DNA from: a virus
Taxonomy: Duplodnaviria; Heunggongvirae; Uroviricota; Caudoviricetes
IMG/VR virus record: IMGVR_UViG_3300038412_000041
Strand: one strand, 5' to 3'
Length of the DNA stretch: 64,000 bases
Both the position numbers and the translations under genes were made by a program. Shown here one piece after another: positions 1 through 9,546 of the stretch (position 1 is the stretch's first letter; the number at the start of each line of letters is the position of its first letter). The notes beneath the pieces were generated by a model that was not told the DNA's origin, did no database searches, and saw nothing but the letters and a program-made list of their open reading frames with translations.

Positions 1-1009
1 GGAAATTGTTACTATCGGTGACTTACACCTTGATGCATTGACTCGTTATTGGGATGAAGCAAACCGCTTGCAAATAGGTGCTGTCACCAAAGTCATTGAT
101 TCTGAAATGGCTAATGGCAGAAGACACTTTATCTTGTTGGGTGATCTATCACAAGGTATCCGTGATTCTACTGGTAACAAAATCAGACTCAGTGAGGAGG
201 CGCAATGTCTTCTCATTGAGTTGTTTTTCAAATATGATGGCAAGATCAAGATACACGTTATATTAGGGAATCACGATTTTGCAGAGCAAGGATCACACTC
301 TCTCCAGATTTTCTTCCAGCTACAACTCCTTAAGAAATTCAAGACCATACACTTTTATGACAAGCTAACCAAGGTCGTGATTGATGGGACTCCTGTATGT
401 ATGGTTCCTTATCCAAGTGTACGTCCATTAAAAGGCTGCGACTTGTCGTTTGGTCACTATGAAGTAAATGGCGCTATAGGTGATTCTGGACGCAAGTTAC
501 ATAGTGAACTTGAACCTGCCAAAACACCTGCTATAATCGGACACCTACATACCAGACAAAAAGTTGGAAACCACTGGTATCCAGGCACACTATATCAATT
601 GAATTTTGGCGAATCTCTTCCAAAAGGTTATGGAATAGCTCAAGTTAGAAATGGAAGTGTGAGATTTAAATGGGAGTCTGTTGATCCACCATTCAAACTA
701 ATAAATTTCGCTATTGAAAAGTTAAGTGACCTGAAGAAAATATCTAGTGATAAGTACACATTGTACAAGCTGTACGTACCTGACACCATAGACCTACCTT
801 CAGATTTTCTGGCGAAACACCAAAACATTGTAAATAGCTTGCAGTTCAGCAATAAGGAAGAGCTAGAATCTTTGCAACAAGAAGAATTAGAGATTGAGAT
901 TGCTGATGAAACCTACGATCACACATCATATCTGCCAAACTTTTTAGATGCTGAAGGTGCTACTCCTTGGCAGAAAAAGAGAGGTCTAGAGATAATAAAG
1001 GAAACGTAA
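1..1009 (+). CDS. sbcD: Mre11/SbcD-like metallophosphoesterase nuclease (5' end at window edge)
   Basis: Frame is open from nt 2 (EIVTIGDLHLD). Calcineurin-like motifs GDLH, GD, GNHD, GH, GHLH. Two genes upstream of an SbcC ATPase. Confidence 0.88.
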   Translation, partial: EIVTIGDLHLDALTRYWDEANRLQIGAVTKVIDSEMANGRRHFILLGDLSQGIRDSTGNKIRLSEEAQCLLIELFFKYDGKIKIHVILGNHDFAEQGSHSLQIFFQLQLLKKFKTIHFYDKLTKVVIDGTPVCMVPYPSVRPLKGCDLSFGHYEVNGAIGDSGRKLHSELEPAKTPAIIGHLHTRQKVGNHWYPGTLYQLNFGESLPKGYGIAQVRNGSVRFKWESVDPPFKLINFAIEKLSDLKKISSDKYTLYKLYVPDTIDLPSDFLAKHQNIVNSLQFSNKEELESLQQEELEIEIADETYDHTSYLPNFLDAEGATPWQKKRGLEIIKET

Positions 1010-1010
1010 A

Positions 1011-2096
1011 ATGCAAGAACGTTCATGGGCTAATAAATACAGACCTTCAAAGTTTAGTCAGATAGCTGGTCAGAAGAGAGCAGTCCAATTGCTTACAGGT
1101 ATGCTAAAGACTGACAGCATTCCAAATGCCATTATTTTCAGCGGTGCTACTGGTACAGGTAAGACAACACTGGCACTAATGCTTGCAAGATACATCAACT
1201 GCGAGACAGGTGATGCATGTGGTAAGTGTAGCTCATGTTCGTATAAGACAAAACACCCAGATGTTATGGAAATCAATGCTGCATCTGAACGAGGTATAGA
1301 TGAAGCACGTAACTTGATCCAACAAGCAAAGTACATGCCTCAATTCAAGATGAGAGTAATCATTCTTGACGAGCTACAAGGAGCAACACCACAAGCTCTT
1401 TCCGCGCTACTGATTCCGTTAGAGTCTCCACCTAAACACACCCTTTACTGTATATGCACGACTGATCCGCAGAAACTACCTGCTGCCAGCCTGACTAGAT
1501 TGACTAAGGTAAATCTTGTTTGTCCGACACCTGAAGAGATAGCATCAAGACTTGCATCAATCTTGAAAGCTGAAAAGAAAAAGATGCCTAGTGAAGCACT
1601 ACTTGCAATATCTAATGCAAGTAATGGGTATGTGCGTGAAGCCGTAAACTTGTTGCAAAGCACAGTAAGCAGCATGGCAGTTAATCCTAAAGCCTCTGTT
1701 GAAGAATTATTGGATACAATTAATGCATCTTCTGATGTGCCTACAATAAAATTGGCGACACGTTTATTGATAGCTCTGTATAAGGACAATGCAAAAGTCG
1801 CTGTTAACACGCTGTTTGGAGTGAAAGAGATTTTGCCTTTTATCAACCAATGTATTTGGTTCAATCAATTCCAGTTAGGCTTGGCAACAAACGTACAAAA
1901 TTCTAGTCACTTGTGGTTCTCTCCTGTAAACAAAGAGTTTGCAAGTGCTGTCAAAAAGTATGTTCCTGATGGAGTGAAACTCTCTAAACTATTACAAGTA
2001 CAGACAGCACTTGTTGATGTTAGAGGTAAGTTGTTTACAACAGCAGTCTCTGAAATAAGCCTACTATTATCACACCTAAGCCAAGTGAAGAGCTAA
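1011..2096 (+). CDS. dnaX: DNA polymerase III gamma/tau-like clamp loader AAA+ ATPase
   Basis: N-terminal WANKYRP..F, Walker A GATGTGKTT, CGKCSSC Zn module, Walker B ILDE. Confidence 0.88.
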   Translation: MQERSWANKYRPSKFSQIAGQKRAVQLLTGMLKTDSIPNAIIFSGATGTGKTTLALMLARYINCETGDACGKCSSCSYKTKHPDVMEINAASERGIDEARNLIQQAKYMPQFKMRVIILDELQGATPQALSALLIPLESPPKHTLYCICTTDPQKLPAASLTRLTKVNLVCPTPEEIASRLASILKAEKKKMPSEALLAISNASNGYVREAVNLLQSTVSSMAVNPKASVEELLDTINASSDVPTIKLATRLLIALYKDNAKVAVNTLFGVKEILPFINQCIWFNQFQLGLATNVQNSSHLWFSPVNKEFASAVKKYVPDGVKLSKLLQVQTALVDVRGKLFTTAVSEISLLLSHLSQVKS

Positions 2097-2100
2097 TATA

Positions 2101-4266
2101 ATGCTTCGTTTCAACTATATAGAGATTGAAAATTACGTTCATTACAAAAAGGCTAGACTCTCGTTCAAGAAGGGCGTGACGTTTGTTCTTGGGAAAAATC
2201 TGAACCGACGTGTTGCAGGTGCTTCTAATGCTGCTGGCAAATCTGTGTTGACAGGTGCATTGACCACGCTCGTCCAAGATACGCACACCGTTGTTACTAA
2301 AGGTGGCAAGTCTGCTGGCAAGTCTCTATACAAGAAAAATACAAAGGTCACAACGAGTTTTAATATAGGCAAAAATGCGTATACGTTTTCCAGAGTTGGC
2401 AGCAAGCTGTCTATAACTGCAAATGGGAAAGACCTTGATTCAAGAGTGGCTAGAAAGAGTTTGGATAATCTGTTACCTTGGACTACTGAAGAGTGGCTTA
2501 CAACGATCCATGTTGATGGTAGAAGAACCAATAATTTTTTGTTGGGTACTTCTTCAGATAGACAAGCTTTTATCACTAGGCTTTTTCGTCTAGATTCTAT
2601 GGATGAGCTTCGCAAAAGATTTGGCAGAAACATAACCGAGCTAAAGTCCAAAAAGTACGACTTAGACCACTTGAAATCCTTGATTAAGCAACATGAGGAT
2701 TTTATAAAGAAGCAACCTGAAAATCTAGATGAGCGAGTCGAAGCGTTAACAGAAAACCTAAATATTCTGCAAAAGAATAGACGGTCATTGCAGCGCATGA
2801 TTCACCTTTCAACAATACGCTCTGAGTATCTAAAAACTCTTGAGAAGATCAAGGCACTTCCAAAGACAAAACTAACGTTTAAAGAAGCGACAAGTCTCCT
2901 CGATAGTCTATTAAAATATGAAGGTGAAGTAGTACAATACAAGAAAAGAGTAAATCAGGCTAAAAAAGTAAAAGAGGAGATTGAGGCTTTACGTGAATCT
3001 GTAGGTGATAAAGTAGCGTATCTAGAAAAGGCAGTAGCTCTAAAAAAGAAGCTGACGGAGAATCGCGTAAGAGAACCTAAAACTGTAAAGAAGCCAGAGA
3101 GAAAAGCGGTTAAGGTAGACAAGAAAAAGCTGGAAAAGCTGGTTGCCGAGTATAGCTCGTCCAAGGAGTTTCTAGAATCTTTGCTTGAAATTTGCGATAG
3201 TCATGAGTGTCCTACATGTAAGCAACCTCTAGATAAACCAAAAGCTACAGTAAGTCGTCTGCAAAAACTGGTGAAGACTCTGAAAACAGAGATTACCGAT
3301 TTGCAGGAAAATGTAAAACTTGAAGAGCAGTGGGTACTATACAAGGAGTTTGTAGAGCTACGTGGAGAGTATGAATTGTGGTTTGAAAAGTACAAGAAAG
3401 TGGAAGCATTTCCTTTTGACGATATTGAACGCCTGTTAGCCTTGGAAGAAACAGAAGTTAGCATCAATAAGCCTAAAAAGCCAACATCTATTGAAAAAGA
3501 GGAGTTGCGCTCAATACTTGAAATACACTCGAAGAGGAAGCATCTTCAAGAAACGCTAGAGCAGTACGAAAAACAGCTACCTGGATCACAAACCCTTGAC
3601 ATGGATACTTTAAAAATCCAGATAAATCAGGTAGATGAAAAGATTCAAAAGATAACAAAGGTCTTACCTAAATTAGAAGCTATCAAGACACTAGTCGCTA
3701 ACGCTAAATCAGAGATTGAGGAAAGCCGAAAAAAAGCAATCGTTCTAAAGAAAGAAGTGCGTGATCTACCTGTATATGAACTGCTTCAACGAGCTTACTC
3801 GAATAAAGGTATCAAGCAATTGATTATTGCTAGTCTCTGCAAGACTCTGGAAAAGAATTTGAACAAATTCGCAAAGTTTACGTTTGAAGAAGGATTCCAG
3901 TTCAAGATTGTCATTGAAGCTAACAACTTTGACATAATGGTTATACGTAAAACAGGTGAAGCTTGTGACATTAGAAATTTTTCAGGTGCTGAAAGTAGAT
4001 TATTTGCTTTGGTGTTTTTGTTAGCACTATTGCCAATGATACCTGCAAGTAGACGATGCAACTTGCTAATATTGGATGAACCTACTGCTAATATGGATAC
4101 ACCGCTTCTGGAAAAGTTTAGGGACGTGCTAGTTCCACTGCTTTCAAAAATTGTTCCTTCAATACTAATCGTTTCACCGAATCACGAAATTGTGCCGCAA
4201 CAAGCCAGAGTACTGACTGTAGTTAAGAAAGGTAATGTTGCCACTCTAGAGGAAACCAATACATGA
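2101..4266 (+). CDS. sbcC: Rad50/SbcC-like SMC ATPase
   Basis: Walker A NAAGKS, long coiled coils with central CPTC zinc hook, signature FSGAE, Walker B LILDEP. Confidence 0.92.
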   Translation: MLRFNYIEIENYVHYKKARLSFKKGVTFVLGKNLNRRVAGASNAAGKSVLTGALTTLVQDTHTVVTKGGKSAGKSLYKKNTKVTTSFNIGKNAYTFSRVGSKLSITANGKDLDSRVARKSLDNLLPWTTEEWLTTIHVDGRRTNNFLLGTSSDRQAFITRLFRLDSMDELRKRFGRNITELKSKKYDLDHLKSLIKQHEDFIKKQPENLDERVEALTENLNILQKNRRSLQRMIHLSTIRSEYLKTLEKIKALPKTKLTFKEATSLLDSLLKYEGEVVQYKKRVNQAKKVKEEIEALRESVGDKVAYLEKAVALKKKLTENRVREPKTVKKPERKAVKVDKKKLEKLVAEYSSSKEFLESLLEICDSHECPTCKQPLDKPKATVSRLQKLVKTLKTEITDLQENVKLEEQWVLYKEFVELRGEYELWFEKYKKVEAFPFDDIERLLALEETEVSINKPKKPTSIEKEELRSILEIHSKRKHLQETLEQYEKQLPGSQTLDMDTLKIQINQVDEKIQKITKVLPKLEAIKTLVANAKSEIEESRKKAIVLKKEVRDLPVYELLQRAYSNKGIKQLIIASLCKTLEKNLNKFAKFTFEEGFQFKIVIEANNFDIMVIRKTGEACDIRNFSGAESRLFALVFLLALLPMIPASRRCNLLILDEPTANMDTPLLEKFRDVLVPLLSKIVPSILIVSPNHEIVPQQARVLTVVKKGNVATLEETNT

Positions 4267-4883
4267 TATGTTGTTACGGTTTAGCTTATAGTGATCCTGA
4301 TGATGTTAGGTCTTTGATCCCAAACTCAAACATTGTTTCCGTATTGCCTTCCACCAATGTAAAGATAAAGAAAGGTGATTTGGTTTGTGTATATGGTATA
4401 AAGACTTTGAGTAGATCAAAAGAGTTATTTGAAAAAACATCGGTGCGTGTCCTGGTTATGGATGCTCTTGTTCGTTTTCGAGGCTACTCTATAGCGATAT
4501 TGGATTCTAATGGATCGCTAGATCAGGAAACATTAAAGACTGCTCTCAACACAAAGACTAAAAAGGTTGTATTCCAAAAGCCTGAAAATGTTATCCATAC
4601 AATACTGCTTGATGCAAAGAGTGCTTCGTTCCTTAATAACTATATGCGCTACCGTTTCTCTTTGACAGGAGATAAGCGAAAACAATTTGACCTTGATATC
4701 TATAAGTATCTAAACTCGAACAGTAAAAAGTATGATGGTTTGTTTTTGGAAGGTCTTGCTAAGAAGATGCTCATTGATATAGAAAAAGGAACGTCACTAG
4801 CAAAGATTGCCAGCAAGTATAAGGTCGAGCAGTATGACCTGCAATATATGCAGAGATTGAAATCAAAAGCTATAGGTTCTTAA
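4263..4883 (+). CDS. hypothetical protein
   Basis: 206-aa ORF coupled to sbcC by an ATGA overlap. Confidence 0.7.
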   Translation: MICCYGLAYSDPDDVRSLIPNSNIVSVLPSTNVKIKKGDLVCVYGIKTLSRSKELFEKTSVRVLVMDALVRFRGYSIAILDSNGSLDQETLKTALNTKTKKVVFQKPENVIHTILLDAKSASFLNNYMRYRFSLTGDKRKQFDLDIYKYLNSNSKKYDGLFLEGLAKKMLIDIEKGTSLAKIASKYKVEQYDLQYMQRLKSKAIGS

Positions 4884-4893
4884 TCTTCAAAAT

Positions 4894-4928
4894 AAAGCTG
4901 GTTAGATTTAAGGTCTAACCAGCTTTTT
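4894..4928. terminator. bidirectional intrinsic terminator
   Basis: 13-bp perfect stem AAAGCTGGTTAGA/TCTAACCAGCTTT with a T tract, between convergent genes. Confidence 0.85.
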
Positions 4929-4932
4929 CAAT

Positions 4933-5574
4933 TTAAGCTGCTCTCTTGGCTGCTTCCTTCAGTGCTTCCAACTTTTCTTTGCAAAAGTCCACCAGATCGG
5001 TAAACTCATCACCAAGACTTCTGGCTTTCTTCAGGATATGCAGATACTCTTCCTTGGTAAGCTTACCAAGGTTACGTACAGAGTTCAAAGCTTCGATACC
5101 TGTACCAGTGTCCATCACTTCACACAGAGAGATAACTGAGGCTGAGATATTAGTAGCTGCTGCAATCTCCTCAAGGCTTTGGATTTCAGCCACATCACCA
5201 ACACTCTTACCGATATCCGCTTCGTTAGCAACCTGATTAATGTTAGCCTTGTTAACACGCTCTTGCTCTTCTTTCGCACCTTTGAGTGATAAAAGATGTG
5301 TTGCTTCTTCACTTGTGATAAGTTTGATTGTGTTAAGACGCAAAGCCTTCAAAAATGCAGTGCTGTTAATGATGGACCTACGTGGCGCAATTTCAGTCAA
5401 GTTGATAGGAATCCACGTAGCTAAGACGACCACGTTTGTTGCTGCTCCGTCATGTTGCACAGAGAATACAATGTTTGCCTTGTCCTTAGTATCAATCGTT
5501 TGGTTGAGAACCCAAATAGACTCATTCTCAGTTTGCTTACGAAGGTCTTCTACCGTCAATGTTTTACTAGCCAT
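4933..5574 (-). CDS. hypothetical protein
   Basis: 213-aa ORF, last gene of a coupled minus-strand operon. Confidence 0.75.
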   Translation of the reverse strand: MASKTLTVEDLRKQTENESIWVLNQTIDTKDKANIVFSVQHDGAATNVVVLATWIPINLTEIAPRRSIINSTAFLKALRLNTIKLITSEEATHLLSLKGAKEEQERVNKANINQVANEADIGKSVGDVAEIQSLEEIAAATNISASVISLCEVMDTGTGIEALNSVRNLGKLTKEEYLHILKKARSLGDEFTDLVDFCKEKLEALKEAAKRAA

Positions 5575-6121
5575 GCTGTAACTCCTTTACTATCAAGTTT
5601 GGTTTTTCGTTGGTTAATTCTGCTATAAGAGTAGCAGTCTCTTTTTGCGTTAGACCTAATACCACGTTTAACTCTAATCTTTGCATGTTTGGGTGTTCTT
5701 CCCAAAATGCTTCCCACATCTTTCTTGAAATTACCTTTGATAATTTTTCAATAGACCAGTCTATCTCCTTGCTCCTTAGAATACTACTCTTTCTGGATGC
5801 AGCAAAGAATGCCGACATTCTTGTAGGTGATATTAGCTTTTTCTTTTTCTTATTCTCACTCCACCTTATAAACTCATCCAACACGATTATCCCTTGTATA
5901 GCTTTCACCGCCACTACTTTACTTCTAAAAATAGCACTGACGTTAGCAATATTTTTATGTTCGGCTAGTTCCTCCAACGACATATCTTCCGCATGTTGGC
6001 TACAACATCCTGTCACATTTATGTGAGAGTAGTACATGCAAGTTTTTACAGGGCATCTTTTCTTCAAAACCAAGTTTGATACCAAACAAGTCTGCAACCC
6101 TATTCTGCGAATCTCACCCAT
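5567..6121 (-). CDS. hypothetical protein with Cys cluster
   Basis: 184 aa, motif CPVKTC-x8-GCC, overlaps both neighbours. Confidence 0.7.
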   Translation of the reverse strand: MGEIRRIGLQTCLVSNLVLKKRCPVKTCMYYSHINVTGCCSQHAEDMSLEELAEHKNIANVSAIFRSKVVAVKAIQGIIVLDEFIRWSENKKKKKLISPTRMSAFFAASRKSSILRSKEIDWSIEKLSKVISRKMWEAFWEEHPNMQRLELNVVLGLTQKETATLIAELTNEKPNLIVKELQHG

Positions 6122-6542
6122 TATGCGAACCCAATAAACAACTTACTAAACCAAAAACTTGTAACTCGTCATCTTTAAATCCAACAGAAGCTACACCGAT
6201 ATAATTATCAGGTAAGTAAGCGTCTTCCTCTAGCCGCGGTCTTGCTATTGCTGGACATAAGATTACCATACCTAATGTCATACCTACTATGCCACTGTCT
6301 AAATCTGTCCTTTCTGTTGTAGGTTCCAGTATTGATAAAAAATCGTCGGTTGCAATCACAGATAGCCAAACCTTGCTTCCAATTATCAAGTGTGTTGCAT
6401 TTATCTTCTTTTCAGCCAAGACCTTTCGGATGTTGAATAATTCGACAGGGGTCAATACACTTATATACTTAGGTAATACTTTTTCCATCGTCTTTTTTAT
6501 ATGTATTAGTATAGACCTTCTTTCTTCTAAAGCATTACTCAT
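6114..6542 (-). CDS. hypothetical protein
   Basis: 142 aa, coupled to the ruvC-like gene. Confidence 0.7.
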   Translation of the reverse strand: MSNALEERRSILIHIKKTMEKVLPKYISVLTPVELFNIRKVLAEKKINATHLIIGSKVWLSVIATDDFLSILEPTTERTDLDSGIVGMTLGMVILCPAIARPRLEEDAYLPDNYIGVASVGFKDDELQVFGLVSCLLGSHNG

Positions 6543-7099
6543 TTGCCGTAAACTCCTATATAGTTCTTTTGGATTTCCTTAGCCAATCTTTTGCGTATTG
6601 CCACCGATGATATGTTTAGGCTGTATGTTTTTGTTAGTTCATATATGCCTATCAGCGATGCGTCTATACAATGATCTGGTATTCCACTCTTTCTATTTAC
6701 ATTTTCAAACTCGGAATAGTAATCATCAATCTTTTCTAACTGCCAACTTCTTTTAAGGAAATTCTTCCAAGTCATTGCTGGATATATATTGACACCAAGA
6801 ACACCAGACAGTATTGCTATAGCACCTATCATAATGTTTACAGATTCGATTGTCTTACCCATCCTACGAGCAATATAACGTTCACAAACTATGCCATCTA
6901 CCTTAACTTCTTTCAATAGCTTGGTAAACGGTTTAGCAAAAAGCAACACTTCCTCTTTGAGATTTCCTCTCAATTCTTTTACAGTAATAGGCAACATCCC
7001 ACACTTTTCTACTGAAGGTTTTTTACCGTCTAATCTTACAATTGCCCATCCAAAATTCGTAGTTCCTGGATCAAGTGCAAGGAGCCGAATGCTTTTCAT
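6539..7099 (-). CDS. ruvC: RuvC-like Holliday junction resolvase
   Basis: LLALDPGTTNFGWAIV, conserved E (VCER), C-terminal DHCIDA. Start refined to the ATG at 7099. Confidence 0.85.
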   Translation of the reverse strand: MKSIRLLALDPGTTNFGWAIVRLDGKKPSVEKCGMLPITVKELRGNLKEEVLLFAKPFTKLLKEVKVDGIVCERYIARRMGKTIESVNIMIGAIAILSGVLGVNIYPAMTWKNFLKRSWQLEKIDDYYSEFENVNRKSGIPDHCIDASLIGIYELTKTYSLNISSVAIRKRLAKEIQKNYIGVYGK

Positions 7100-7109
7100 T
7101 TGTAAAAGT

Positions 7110-7129
7110 CTCACTAATTTAAGAACATG
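7110..7129 (+). promoter_or_regulatory. candidate phage late promoter motif (copy 1)
   Basis: CTCACTAATTTAAGAACATG, 19/20 identical to 14666-14685. Both copies lie upstream of structural-type genes. Confidence 0.5.
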
Positions 7130-7180
7130 TTGTTTTACTGAAATTGGTTGCTAACTACCAATTATTTTCAAGAGGTGACT

Positions 7181-8449
7181 GTGGGTATAATTGACAGATT
7201 TTCGCGCACTGTTGCTCCTAGAAATAACGGGAGCCCTAATATTGCAAGGAGTGCTATAGATAATGTCCTTGTTGCAGCCAAGCAACAATATGACAATGCC
7301 TTGTCTGTCAACGCCAGACCTGTAGTTTACTACATGAAAAAGATTGCAGGCTTGCGCTGCACGTGTTCACACACATCTACCTTGAATCCTGATGGTCTAA
7401 CTCACGGTTTGTTGTCTATGCCTGGTACTGTCACTCAAGTTGCTAGTGATGGTTTCGGTAGTCAGGATTTTATTGACGGTGTTCTAGAAGGTACATCGTT
7501 CAAAATTAACAGATACGGAACTCGTCCAAACTCTTTGGACAACATTGTTCCTCAACAAGGACCAGCAAACGGTATATTGGATAGAAAGTCTACAGATATA
7601 GGTGATCCATTCAGTCATGACATTGTGGATCAAGACATTGAAGACTTTATAGAACCGTCTGCAGGTGAGAATGCTTTATCTTCTGCCAGTCCTACTGGTT
7701 GTGCTGTTTGTATGAATACTGGATTTGTAGGTGGTTACGATCCATTCAACTACAAGCGTGATATCTTTGACGCACAGTATGAAGGTTGGCTCGGTGTTTC
7801 TGTAGATAAAGGAACAAGACCTGCCACACTGATTCCAATAAATCAGGTTTCAATAAACATTCAAGTTCCGAGAGGTGTTGTCCAGCTAGTAACCGTAAAG
7901 CTGTGGAATAATAAGGAACTTGTCAGTAACGTTGCAGTAACAACCACTAACAATCAATCCTTAGCCACCACCGTAATTCAAGCGGCTGGTGGTGATTTTC
8001 CTTTGTTCTTCGATTTTACTAACGCAAGCTCACAAACATTCACACACCTTGAAGTGATGTATGACATTGGAAATAATCCTTTGTTAGTTGAGTGGAGCAA
8101 GATTGTCTATGACGAGAACCTGGACGTTATAGACCAAATAGCTGACGTAAATTTGATAATTAGCAGTAGTCTACCTCAGGCAAATCTGTACGACATTATT
8201 TACGAAACAACCTTCAACAGACTTTGGAAGATTTCAAGTGGTAATACCAATTTTGATAGAGAGAAACACGTAAATGGTTGGAATGTTAATGCAAGGCTTA
8301 TTCAACCTTATGAGTTGTTCAGCTTATTACCGAGACTAGACACAAGAAGAACTCGTTGGGGTAACAGAGTCATTCAGCCGTTGCAGCAACAACCTGGAGT
8401 TGCTCCTATAGATGTTATAACTGCTGGCAATACAACACCTTATAGATAA
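7181..8449 (+). CDS. putative virion (head-completion-type) protein with Cys motifs
   Basis: RCTC and CAVCMNTGFVGGY motifs. GTG start at 7181 follows GAGG. Function inferred from context only. Confidence 0.55.
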   Translation: MGIIDRFSRTVAPRNNGSPNIARSAIDNVLVAAKQQYDNALSVNARPVVYYMKKIAGLRCTCSHTSTLNPDGLTHGLLSMPGTVTQVASDGFGSQDFIDGVLEGTSFKINRYGTRPNSLDNIVPQQGPANGILDRKSTDIGDPFSHDIVDQDIEDFIEPSAGENALSSASPTGCAVCMNTGFVGGYDPFNYKRDIFDAQYEGWLGVSVDKGTRPATLIPINQVSINIQVPRGVVQLVTVKLWNNKELVSNVAVTTTNNQSLATTVIQAAGGDFPLFFDFTNASSQTFTHLEVMYDIGNNPLLVEWSKIVYDENLDVIDQIADVNLIISSSLPQANLYDIIYETTFNRLWKISSGNTNFDREKHVNGWNVNARLIQPYELFSLLPRLDTRRTRWGNRVIQPLQQQPGVAPIDVITAGNTTPYR

Positions 8450-8459
8450 GGGGAGCTAA

Positions 8460-9533
8460 GTGAAGATTTTAGAATCTACCAATAAATACATTGCACCACT
8501 CTTGAAGAATCCATCCTCAGATAAGCTAACTGAGTTTGCATTCCGAACTCATTATGAGGTTGAGTCTTTCTTAGCCAAGTTTGGCCTACTCGTTTCAAGT
8601 GCATGTAAAACCTTGAGCAATGTAGAGACTGCTGGAACACAATCATGGATTGTCCCTACACTGCCAGTTGACGGCATTAAGATTAATCCGGTAACAGGTG
8701 TTGATAAAGACAAGCTCCAGCGATTCACCGAAGCATTGGAGAACCTGCACAATCAAATGCAAACGTTAAAGACGCTACAAGCCTTGATTGAGTCTACGTT
8801 TCCAAAACATGCAAATACGTTGATGCCTACATTGAACGAAACTCTGGTCGAAGTAGAGACTGCACTTGAAAAGACTTTCACGAAGATTTCTGGAATAGCT
8901 AAGAGCATACAACCTTCTCAATTCTCAAAGCTAACGAAGACGTTGACTAAATCTGTATTGTCTGGACTCCAAGGTCTTTATGATGGTGCTTTTCCCAGAT
9001 TGCTACTAACTCATACAGATCAAGGTCCAGTATTTACACACTTGATCGAGTTTGTCAATCTGACGCAGCCTTCAGCAGAATATACATATCCAAAGTTTTA
9101 TGTAGTATTGGAAGGAAAAGTATTTGGTAACAGGATGAAAGTTCGTTGCTATACAACTCATGATTTTGTTTTACCATCTGAAGCTTTAACACAAGGCCAA
9201 GAAGTGCAAGATGAAGAATCAATGCTTAAGGCAATGGACAAGATTCTTGAGGAAGATCAGTTTTACCATTCTACCATTCTTCCATTCCCATTGAATCTTC
9301 GCCAGTTGAGACCTTTGCTCTCCAACATACATGGAATAAAAGACGTAGTGATTGACAAGATGCGGTCTAGACTTTTGGTTCATTTTGATTTGTCTCAAGA
9401 CCCGAATGCTTATGGCAACAAGATTGCTTCAAACATCCAATCAGTATTCAGAAAAGGAATCGTGCGTTGGAAGAGACTCAGTGGAACTAGGACTCTAGAG
9501 TTTCAAGTTGCTACTAAGGAACCAAACAAATGA
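8460..9533 (+). CDS. hypothetical protein
   Basis: 357-aa ORF with a GGGAG RBS. Confidence 0.7.
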   Translation: MKILESTNKYIAPLLKNPSSDKLTEFAFRTHYEVESFLAKFGLLVSSACKTLSNVETAGTQSWIVPTLPVDGIKINPVTGVDKDKLQRFTEALENLHNQMQTLKTLQALIESTFPKHANTLMPTLNETLVEVETALEKTFTKISGIAKSIQPSQFSKLTKTLTKSVLSGLQGLYDGAFPRLLLTHTDQGPVFTHLIEFVNLTQPSAEYTYPKFYVVLEGKVFGNRMKVRCYTTHDFVLPSEALTQGQEVQDEESMLKAMDKILEEDQFYHSTILPFPLNLRQLRPLLSNIHGIKDVVIDKMRSRLLVHFDLSQDPNAYGNKIASNIQSVFRKGIVRWKRLSGTRTLEFQVATKEPNK

Positions 9534-9546
9534 TAAAGGCTAAATA

